Below, in pieces: positions 24,902 to 33,702 of a stretch of DNA of 56,454 bases (position 1 is its first letter; the number at the start of each line of letters is the position of its first letter). The notes beneath the pieces are model-generated. The model had not been told where the DNA came from, did not search any database, and saw only the letters and a program-made list of their open reading frames with translations. Source of the DNA: Nemertoderma westbladi (Eukaryota > Animalia > Xenacoelomorpha); assembly GCA_032718475.1 (NCBI GenBank), contig JAUCBJ010000125.1, positions 1-56,454 on the forward strand. The letters run 5' to 3'. The position numbers and the translations under genes were made by a program.

Positions 24902-26008
24902 GTGGTTGCCGAAAAGATGCCACGCAAGATGAAACCGATTTTAAACCGAAGCTTAGACAAAAAACTGTCAAGAATTTATTTAGATCCTTCATCCCCTGCG
25001 GGTTTTGCAAGTGTCGCAAAATTAGCAAAAGCTGCAAACATCAAACCAGCACGAGCTCAGAAATGGTTGAGCGGGCAAAAGACATACACCCTTCACGCTC
25101 CACGTAGACAACATTATCCAACATCTAAAATATTTACGGGAGGCATAAAAGATATATATATGATAGATTTGGTGGATATGCAGCAATATAAATCGCAAAA
25201 TAATAATTATAACTATATATTAACGTGCATTGATGCCTTCAGTCGGCTTGCTTTTGCCTATGCTATGAAAACAAAAAAGGGTATTGAAATTATTAGTATA
25301 TTGCAAAAAATATTCCAAAAGGGAAAACCAAACAGAATCGCCACGGATCAAGGTTCTGAGTTTCTAAATAAATCTGTAAGGAAATATTTAGATACGTTAG
25401 GTATACAGTATTACGTAATGTATTCTGTGAATAAGGCGGCTATTGTCGAGAGATTCAACAGAACCTTAAAAACAAAGATGTTCAAAATTTTCACCCAAAG
25501 GGGAAATAATATTTGGATAACAATTTTACCTAAGCTTATCTCAGCTTATAATAGGTCGTATCATAGAACAATACAAATGACTCCCATTGAAGTTAATAAA
25601 TTTAATGAAACTGAATTAATGAATAGATTATATGGGAAATATAGACAGATAAATCACAAGAAAATAAAATTTAAAGTTGGAGATACAGTACGATTATCTA
25701 TCGCTCGTACTGCTTTTGCTAAAGGCTATCGAGAACAATGGACACGTGAATTATTTATTATTCATCGGGTCAGGTTGGATAGAGTACCAGCGGTAATGTT
25801 CGATATTAAGGACAGCACCGGAGCTATAATAAAGGGCTCATTTTATTCTCACGAACTCCAAAAGGTCCACCCGAATAGTAACATTTATCTTCCGATTGAC
25901 AAAAAAAATATTGACAAACTTAAAGAACGTGTACGCAATGGGAAGAAAGAATATTTAGTCCGATTCATCGGATCCAAGAAACAGTCCTGGGTCCAGCATA
26001 TTAAATAA
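24902..26008 (+). CDS. Polinton retroviral-like (rve) DDE integrase with C-terminal chromodomain-like region
   Basis: Motifs IDLVDM, IDAFSR, TDQGSEF and VERFNRTLK; FKVGDTVR and KGY...WT; C-terminal EYLVRFIG...SWV. Confidence 0.96.
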   Translation: MVAEKMPRKMKPILNRSLDKKLSRIYLDPSSPAGFASVAKLAKAANIKPARAQKWLSGQKTYTLHAPRRQHYPTSKIFTGGIKDIYMIDLVDMQQYKSQNNNYNYILTCIDAFSRLAFAYAMKTKKGIEIISILQKIFQKGKPNRIATDQGSEFLNKSVRKYLDTLGIQYYVMYSVNKAAIVERFNRTLKTKMFKIFTQRGNNIWITILPKLISAYNRSYHRTIQMTPIEVNKFNETELMNRLYGKYRQINHKKIKFKVGDTVRLSIARTAFAKGYREQWTRELFIIHRVRLDRVPAVMFDIKDSTGAIIKGSFYSHELQKVHPNSNIYLPIDKKNIDKLKERVRNGKKEYLVRFIGSKKQSWVQHIK

Positions 26009-26259
26009 GCTTAGGTTTATACTGTATATTAATTCATTTTGGTCGCATATGACCGTAATTAATCAATATTAACTCGAATGATATTACTATACTATATAGT
26101 TCATCCGCTTTAAATAAAGCCAGTAAAATATTGATCCCTCGCATATACTGTAGAAGATGCGGCGATGAACGTGGTCACAGATGTCTATAATTTATCATTA
26201 TACTGTACTGTATGTACAAAGGAGTCAAGTAGAGAGAGCGAGCTTAAATAATAATAATA

Positions 26260-27132
26260 ATGGCCACAGATACATATATCACTCTACTTTCAGATAGCTC
26301 ATTGAACACTTATCCCAATAATAATCCTAGTGAGTTTACTGTTGATTTAGCCGAAGAATTATATATTGGTCCAAATGCCAAAGTTGGACTTGCCGAACTT
26401 CAATATCAAGCAACATACAGTAATATTACGCTGCAAACTCAAATTTCGCTGTCAATCGGGGTAGATGCAAAAGATGCCAAATTATATAGTTTATTTCCTG
26501 GTATGCATAACTCTATTCAAGTGATTATTGATGATATAAATAAACTGTTTAATTCTGAAGCGAAATATAGAGATTTCGAATTCATTTTTAATACAAATAA
26601 TTCTAGAATTAAATTTAAATTTCCTAAAAAGTTGAAAAAAATACAATTAAGTCTACGCGGCGATTTAATACAAATTCTAGGCTTAAATCCGTTATTGGAT
26701 CGGAATCATCCGGATATTCCGAATTGGGATATATACAGTACCACTACAGTAGATGAATTAAGCAATATAGAACAACCGATATTAATTTTAAATTATAGTG
26801 GACCAAAAATTTCGGAAATTGGCATTTTAGATTTTCCAGCTCCCACAAATATAACACGTAATAAAGACACAATTTTCATATACACAGATATTATTAAGAG
26901 CTCATTTGTTGGCGACGCTTTAGCTCCGCTCTTAAGAACCTGCCCTTTAACGCAATTAAATCGAAAATATATTAATCACGAATACGAGAGCATTTGCTAT
27001 TTCCCATTGTTGAATAAAAAACTAAAAACAATATTAATTACTTTACGTGACGGCCAAGGCCAATTAATTAACTTCAGCGGAGGTCGCACTGTTATAACAC
27101 TTAAGTTAATACGGGGTGGCAGTGATGGATGA
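26260..27132 (+). CDS. Minor capsid (penton, PX-like) protein 1
   Basis: Motifs YITLLSDSS...YPNN, VGLAELQY, FIYTDII...VGD...PLLR and I.ITLRD..G.LINF. Confidence 0.9.
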   Translation: MATDTYITLLSDSSLNTYPNNNPSEFTVDLAEELYIGPNAKVGLAELQYQATYSNITLQTQISLSIGVDAKDAKLYSLFPGMHNSIQVIIDDINKLFNSEAKYRDFEFIFNTNNSRIKFKFPKKLKKIQLSLRGDLIQILGLNPLLDRNHPDIPNWDIYSTTTVDELSNIEQPILILNYSGPKISEIGILDFPAPTNITRNKDTIFIYTDIIKSSFVGDALAPLLRTCPLTQLNRKYINHEYESICYFPLLNKKLKTILITLRDGQGQLINFSGGRTVITLKLIRGGSDG

Positions 27133-27970
27133 ATTCTACGTAAGGCTGCCGAGTAACTCCTGTCCAATTGATTTTCCCCGCAATAGCGCTAGTAATTATC
27201 AGATCAACTTACATGGCGCCTTACCTATAAACCCAAACGAAAACTGGGTGGTAGGTATAAAAAGTATATTTTACTTAGCAACGTTGCCGTCCATATATAA
27301 CAATGTAGAGAATGTTATTTTATTAAAAAAAGGGAAAAAAATTATTGAGGATACACTTCCATCCGGTTTGTTCTACAGTATCAATGACATTATAGATTAT
27401 TTTAACACAGGGGCATTGAAACATAAATTACAAATAGTTGAAAATACTCAGCAAAATAGATTGCAATTTATTTTAGGGAAAGCGGTGCGAGAGTTATTTA
27501 TAGGTCAACAATTAGCCTATTATTTTGGCATTACTGAAAATAATCTCGGTGCGAATTTAAATCCAAATTTTAAAATTATTTTGAAGACGAAAAATAATAT
27601 AAAGGGTTATTTAATAAAGGTTATCGGAAATGAAGAAAAAACTTTCCAGATGGTATTTTTATGCCCCCAACCACCCAACTCTATTCCAGAACCTAAGTCG
27701 AACATGTACGTGACTACTAATATAATTGAAAATCAATATATTAACGATTTTGGCTTAGCTTTACTTCGTCGCGTGGCGATACCTGATGACGTGAAATATG
27801 GTAGTATAATAAATAAAGAATTTGCCAAGGATACAATTCATTATATCCCTGTAAAAAAATCATATAAGATAACATACATTCATATTGAAATAACAGACAA
27901 ACAAGGAAAATATTTGAATTTTGAATACGGGACAACTTGTATTACCTTACACTTTAAAAAAATAAATTAA
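27125..27970 (+). CDS. Minor capsid (penton, PX-like) protein 2
   Basis: Motifs FYVRLPSNS...FPRN, WVVGI, MYVTTNII...LLR, YIPV and IEITD..G..LNF.YG...ITLHFKK. ATG at 27125 overlaps the stop of penton 1. Confidence 0.88.
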   Translation: MDEFYVRLPSNSCPIDFPRNSASNYQINLHGALPINPNENWVVGIKSIFYLATLPSIYNNVENVILLKKGKKIIEDTLPSGLFYSINDIIDYFNTGALKHKLQIVENTQQNRLQFILGKAVRELFIGQQLAYYFGITENNLGANLNPNFKIILKTKNNIKGYLIKVIGNEEKTFQMVFLCPQPPNSIPEPKSNMYVTTNIIENQYINDFGLALLRRVAIPDDVKYGSIINKEFAKDTIHYIPVKKSYKITYIHIEITDKQGKYLNFEYGTTCITLHFKKIN

Positions 27971-27971
27971 A

Positions 27972-28538
27972 ATGGATTCCGATTTATTTCAAAGATACAG
28001 TAAACCTCAATATGGGGGTTCAGACTCTAACCTTGCTGTTTTTAAAGGCGGAAGAAGTACCAGAGGCTCGACGCAAGTTCCTGTTTTTCGAGGTGGTTCA
28101 TATATTGACCCTTACGGTCAACAAATTGGTGCATTTGGTCCAAACTTAAAACAACGTCGTTTTCAACGTTATCCTAGAGGTATGAGGACAAATCAACACG
28201 GGGAAGGTATATTTACAGACGCTTTATCTACATTGAAAAAATTTGGTAAACCATTAGCTAAAAAAGTGTTACAAAAAGCTTTACCATTTACCACAAAATT
28301 TATGAGACAACACGTAATACCAAAAGGCAAGCGGGTCTTACATCAGCAGGCTAATACAGTTATTAATAAAGCATTAAATAAAATGAAACCATCAACCAGA
28401 TCTGTTGTAGAAAAAGTTTATAGAGATTTAAAGCGACCGACTAGACAGCCAATGTCTATGAACATACCTCATCGACGTAGTAAAAAGAGAAATATAAAAA
28501 AAGGCAAACTGAAACACTGCGAAAAAAGTATTTTTTAA
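27972..28538 (+). CDS. Polinton core protein (PZ-like) with putative protease sites
   Basis: QYGG, QIGA and QHGEGIF motifs, an amphipathic basic helix and an Arg/Lys-rich C-terminus. Lies between mCP and MCP. Confidence 0.8.
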   Translation: MDSDLFQRYSKPQYGGSDSNLAVFKGGRSTRGSTQVPVFRGGSYIDPYGQQIGAFGPNLKQRRFQRYPRGMRTNQHGEGIFTDALSTLKKFGKPLAKKVLQKALPFTTKFMRQHVIPKGKRVLHQQANTVINKALNKMKPSTRSVVEKVYRDLKRPTRQPMSMNIPHRRSKKRNIKKGKLKHCEKSIF

Positions 28539-28540
28539 TA

Positions 28541-29800
28541 ATGTCAATTATTAAGGAATTAGATTTATTTTCTACACAACCAATACAGACTGAATTTAAA
28601 GCAAAGCATTATGAAACAATTTATCCAGTATCCAATCTCCGAACTGAATCTAGGGAGGTCACGTTCCTTGTCCCAATATCCAATGAATTCTATACGAAAC
28701 TGCAAGATGCGTTATTAATTACAAAATGTACAGTACGCTGGGATAGGCGACTTGAAAACTCTCATATATATATGCTGAATTACCCCGCTGAAACTATGTG
28801 GAGTGATATTAAAATAGACCTTAATGAGAAGCAGGTTGAAAATAGCAATAACCATTATTTCTACAAGTCGTACTTATCCAATTTACTATTTACAACTTAC
28901 GAGGATAAAAATGGGTTACTGGGGGCGGGCGGTTTTCAACAGCCTTTATCCGAACACGGAAATGAAATTAATGCTGGTGCGCATCCTATTGGCGATGCCT
29001 TTAGTAAACAATTGCAATTTGTAAGCGGGTTGACGATTGATTTTGATACTGAAACTAAAATAATACAACCTGGGTATGATTTAAGAATGCATTTTAGAAA
29101 AGTATCAAATTCGTTTATTTTTAAAATCACTCCAAACGCAAACGCCGTGACAAATCTTCGACTAGAATTAGATGAAATAAAGATTCTAATCCCTAGAATG
29201 GAGGTTAATCCTGTAATAGAAAGCAGTCACCTAAAAGGTTTAGAGAGTTACGATATTGAATATCAATTCCAAAAGAAAGAGGTGACTACATTTACTATTC
29301 CCGCGCAAACCACAAATTACACCCAAACAAACATATTTGATGGTAAAAAACCAAAATTAGTTATTATCGGCTTCATAACAAATAACGCTTATTCAGGAGA
29401 ATTAATTAGTAATCCATTAAAATTTGAACATTTTAACCTTAGACGCGCGGAACTGATTGTAGACGGTCTTCCAGTAGGGGGTGTAATATACGAGCCTAAT
29501 TTTACAGATGGAACATATATTTTTGAGTATACACAATTAATGAAGAACATTAATACATATATTAACGGTTATGGGGGAAATAATATAGACCATGAAACCT
29601 ACTTAGCTAATTGTCCCCTCCTATCCTGGGACCTAACCACTGATGGTTATGTTAGAGATCCGCAACCCTCGATATATACTAACGGACAATTAAAATTAAG
29701 ATTTGCCGAACCGCTGGTTGAGACCGTAAATGTAATCGTTTTTAATATTTATGATCAATCATTAAGTTTAAATAGCAGGAAAGAAATACATATCGATTAA
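28541..29800 (+). CDS. Double jelly-roll major capsid protein (PY)
   Basis: N-terminal ELDLFS..P.Q, and P..VIIGF....AY.G....NP..F.HF; 419 aa. Confidence 0.92.
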   Translation: MSIIKELDLFSTQPIQTEFKAKHYETIYPVSNLRTESREVTFLVPISNEFYTKLQDALLITKCTVRWDRRLENSHIYMLNYPAETMWSDIKIDLNEKQVENSNNHYFYKSYLSNLLFTTYEDKNGLLGAGGFQQPLSEHGNEINAGAHPIGDAFSKQLQFVSGLTIDFDTETKIIQPGYDLRMHFRKVSNSFIFKITPNANAVTNLRLELDEIKILIPRMEVNPVIESSHLKGLESYDIEYQFQKKEVTTFTIPAQTTNYTQTNIFDGKKPKLVIIGFITNNAYSGELISNPLKFEHFNLRRAELIVDGLPVGGVIYEPNFTDGTYIFEYTQLMKNINTYINGYGGNNIDHETYLANCPLLSWDLTTDGYVRDPQPSIYTNGQLKLRFAEPLVETVNVIVFNIYDQSLSLNSRKEIHID

Positions 29801-29802
29801 GT

Positions 29803-30258
29803 ATGTTATCTACAGAGGACCTTGATATGTTTCCAGTGGGTGGTCACTATTTGGGAGCGTTTCCAGCTAACAAATTACCTAAATTAGATAATAATAATAA
29901 GCGGAGGGATTATGGGCTAATAGTGAATACCGATAAAGAGCATCTACCCGGGATTCATTGGATCGCTATATATATACGAGATAATGAAGCTGAAGTATTT
30001 GACTCGTTTGGACCAAAATATCCAAATAGATGTATCGAAAAATGGCTTGAGAAAAATTCCGCAAGATGGCGTACTACCCGCAAACAATTTCAAGACCCCA
30101 GGAGGACCACATGCGGTCTGTACTGTCTCTATTACTTAGTAAATCGAATTGACACAAACTATCCAATGAGGGCGTTTACAAATAATGTGGAAATAAATGA
30201 AATAATATTATATAATTGGCTTGTTAATTATTATAAAATAAACCAACAAACGTTGTAA
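29803..30258 (+). CDS. Adenain/Ulp1-like maturation cysteine protease
   Basis: NTD....PG.HW, FDSFG and Q......CG.YC give the catalytic H/D/Q/C set. Confidence 0.95.
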   Translation: MLSTEDLDMFPVGGHYLGAFPANKLPKLDNNNKRRDYGLIVNTDKEHLPGIHWIAIYIRDNEAEVFDSFGPKYPNRCIEKWLEKNSARWRTTRKQFQDPRRTTCGLYCLYYLVNRIDTNYPMRAFTNNVEINEIILYNWLVNYYKINQQTL

Positions 30259-30289
30259 TTAATCATTTAGCTTTTATGTATCAGATAAA

Positions 30290-30892
30290 ATGGATAATAT
30301 TATTTTTGTTGATTTTCAATACTATAAGATAGACAATAAGGAGTATCCGGTAGTATTTAAAGAATTTGCTATATTCGATTCTAATTGCACCAAAACTAAT
30401 GTAAAGACGTTTTTAATTAAAGGCCCACCTAATATTAAATTATCGGCATTAGATGCAGCCCACGTAAACAATTTACGAGATATGACTTCTCACTTGCCCT
30501 GGAACTATGGGGACATTTCGCAAGACGACTTTAAAAAATATATGAAGAGACATTTAAAATATAAAAAAAATATTCATATATTTGGGTTGATGAAGCGGAC
30601 AATATTAAACACCCAACTCGATGTTCTCGCACCAAATTCGGTTGAGAAATTGGGAATATATAAGCAATATCACGAGTATTTAACCCCATGCCGGTTCCAC
30701 GACCGATTTACTACAATAGAAAATAAATGCACGTTTCACTTAAACACAAGGGATAACTGTCTGCGGTACTGCTCAGCAAAACGTGTTGGCGGATTTGAGT
30801 TGCTACACTTTTTCATGAGAAAGCGTTTAACTGCAACTGTTGATGTCGATGATAAACAGAAAGAAATAACTGCGGTGGAAGATGTACTGTAG
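30290..30892 (+). CDS. DnaQ/DEDD-fold nuclease-like protein with putative ECHC zinc site
   Basis: IFVDFQ...KEFA, H.LPW..G-like segment, and C-terminal CxxH...C. Confidence 0.6.
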   Translation: MDNIIFVDFQYYKIDNKEYPVVFKEFAIFDSNCTKTNVKTFLIKGPPNIKLSALDAAHVNNLRDMTSHLPWNYGDISQDDFKKYMKRHLKYKKNIHIFGLMKRTILNTQLDVLAPNSVEKLGIYKQYHEYLTPCRFHDRFTTIENKCTFHLNTRDNCLRYCSAKRVGGFELLHFFMRKRLTATVDVDDKQKEITAVEDVL

Positions 30893-31524
30893 GTTTACTC
30901 TAAGCATGTAATGTGATGGGATAATATAATTGTTTTAATGTCAATAAAAATAATAAAAACATTAAAATCTATTTTTAATATCTCAGTTTGACTGAAGGTG
31001 TAGGGCTTAAGTTTACACTTACAAACACACCGTACCTACCGGTAGCGGGCTTTTGCATCAGAGTTTAACTACCAGTAGCTAGCTAGCTGATTTTACTACA
31101 TATACCATACCAACAACACTAAACTGAGTTGTAGAACAGCAGAATGGCTCCGACGGCAACCACAGAGCTTTAGCTTTACCGGTACCATACTTATTAATAA
31201 TAAAATTAAATTAAGTCGACATGGGGGGGTTTGTGAATGCAGCATTAGAGGGGGCCCTCCTAACAATAGGCCTACTGGTACCGGCACTGTAGCACTCTTG
31301 TACCTGTATACTTGAATAGAGCAAGAGCATACCAGACTGCCAGTTTCTTTGATTTAAGGATTACGCTATTACACTTGAATGCTTCCAATTTTCTGTTTAC
31401 AACTTTAATTGGTCTAATCTACATTACTGCTGGTGGGCTACTACTGTCGCATAGGTAAGCCTATACAGCTATAGTTAACTTTATGCGGGGCCCTTTTTCG
31501 AATGTTGACCCAATATGGTTTATG

Positions 31525-31921
31525 GTTAACCTTTAGTACTCGCGGATAGGTAAGGTGCACTTTCATTCGGTTAGGCCTATAGGCTTAATGACTACTCCTC
31601 AACTGAAAGTTGACTAGCTCATTGATACAATAGGTGTGGTTAGGTACCGGTAGGGCTATAGGACCTATAAAATCCCCTCACACTCTCTGTTGTATGCTTC
31701 TTTACAGTTAACCTTTAGAACTCTCGAGCGCCATCATTCAACCAGTCATATAATGACTCCACTCGGATACAATAGGTGTGGCTCTCGGTATACCTAACTA
31801 ACTAAGCCTATATAAAATCCACCTCATTCTCTGTTACTAACATTCACTCTATGTTGACGGTGGGACTATATAAAACATAGTTAATTTATTTATGTATTCG
31901 CTTTTTTAATTATATATAAAA
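31525..31921 (+). repeat. Degenerate direct repeats with four TATAAAA boxes in the Polinton central non-coding region
   Basis: Units 31525-31691 and 31707-31835 share GTTAACCTTTAG, TAATGACT, GATACAATAGGTGTGG, TATAAAATCC and CTCTGTT. Further TATATAAAA copies at 31867 and 31913. Confidence 0.75.
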
Positions 31922-32018
31922 TAGATTCGGTCTACTAAGTTTTATAACAATAACTGATAGGCCTAACAATAACAATAACAACAACCCTAAATTTATTACT
32001 GTATTAGGTCTATACTTT

Positions 32019-32403
32019 TTATAGTCCTATATGTGAGTCCTCCTGTAGAGTTTCCTCCATTACCGGTCTTTGCGTTGGTATATTGAAGTGAAGTGTGTCA
32101 TCTCTATCATTCTCCCAATTTTCGTTAGAGGGTGAGCTTCCCGATATTCGCGATGGTTGTATCTTTATAACTAGCGAGAAATCTTTTGAAATTTCAACTG
32201 TTGTAGGCGATAAAGGTAGACCATCTACTTGACCAACTTCATATTCTATCGAAGTGAATCCAATCTCGAATTTTTTGTTTATATATATCGTAACTCCATC
32301 TCAGCAATATTTGATGCAGTGAGATACGTTTCATCGCATGATTGCAATTCGATTTTTATACTACACTTTTCAACTCACGGTTATTGAAAAAGGCAAATGT
32401 CAT
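32019..32403 (-). pseudogene. Possible frameshifted Polinton gene
   Basis: About 93 open codons (DGVTIYINKKFEIG...DSHIGL*) can be joined to ATG 32403 by two frameshifts. Minus-strand TATATAA near 32570. Confidence 0.35.
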
Positions 32404-33120
32404 CTTTGAGTTGACAGTTGAGGTAAGTTGTCGTTGTCGTCGTCGTCGTCGTAACTAGGTACCGGTACTAGAAAGAGTATCTTTAAATTGAATAGGTACC
32501 GTAAGCCTACTGATATTTTTTTTTCTTTTGTTTAACAAAATTATAGTTCACTGTCAGAAAAATTGAGTTTATATATATTTTTGTAGAGGGTCACAGATGT
32601 GTACATTACAAAATTCTCATAGTTAACAAAATGCACAACATAAACCTTTCCCATGCGGATTAGCGATATATGCTATGGTCGTTGTTCTATTCTGAATGTA
32701 GGGAGATGCATAGCGGATGTTTTAATAATAATATGTGCCGGTATACAGACTAGTAACAGATAGGAGGACATCGTCTTTGACTATGAATACCAGCACATAC
32801 CCCTAATCTTTTTCTCACTGAGCTTAGCGTTGCCTGCTGTACACACGCACAAGTAACAGATGCGCTATTGTAGCTTACTCGTGAGCAACAATGCTTAGCT
32901 AGCTAGCTAGCCACGGCTGCTGAGTATACTATGCCTACTTGAGTGTTACAAGCAAATGCTCTACTGAAGTTGGTTAGTTAATTTCCCATCAAACTAGTTG
33001 TTGATTTAAAAAAAAAATTCATAAATTTCTTCTCCCTTCAATTTAATATATATATATATTTTACAGTAAAAAATCTCCACCACCACCAAACAGCAACAAC
33101 AACAATAAATTTCATTCGTA

Positions 33121-33702
33121 CTAATTATATTTTACATCAAAAACCCTCACACCAAACAATAATAAATTATTAACCAGTTTGTTGAAAATAGGATAATATA
33201 TATGAAATTTAAACGGGGAACACATTAATGTACATTTACCGGTGTAGAAGCTGCATACAACAACATTATTACTTATTCTGACTTTACAGTTATTGAATAT
33301 TTCAGGCTCGTATGAAATTTCTAGTTTAACATTATCAAATATAACATAAAACCCGATATTGTTTATAAGTAACCTATAAATTACAGTATCGATACTAAAA
33401 ATATAAGTACACAAATTGATTGATTTAAAAATCAAATTAATGTTTGTTTTTTCGAATATATGCTTTTTCACTTTATTAAAATTATATTTTCTACCGAGAA
33501 TTGTTATTCGACCATTTGTAAACATTAATATAGTTGCACCAAATACCTTATATATAAACTGATTAGGTTTGAGTACAATTTTACCATTCAATTGATTTTT
33601 TAATTCTTTTAAATTAAGTCCATAAATGATCTGCTTACAACTTATATTTTTATTTACTATTTGATAATTCATCATCAACACCGTCATCTTTTTGTTCTTC
33701 AT
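33121..33702 (-). CDS. Divergent TATA-binding protein (TBP)-like protein
   Basis: Two-repeat TBP core pattern: IVN...SC / ATILMFTNGRITILG and SINLC / SYEPEIF...VVCSFYTGKCTL. Confidence 0.8.
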   Translation of the reverse strand: MKNKKMTVLMMNYQIVNKNISCKQIIYGLNLKELKNQLNGKIVLKPNQFIYKVFGATILMFTNGRITILGRKYNFNKVKKHIFEKTNINLIFKSINLCTYIFSIDTVIYRLLINNIGFYVIFDNVKLEISYEPEIFNNCKVRISNNVVVCSFYTGKCTLMCSPFKFHIYYPIFNKLVNNLLLFGVRVFDVKYN

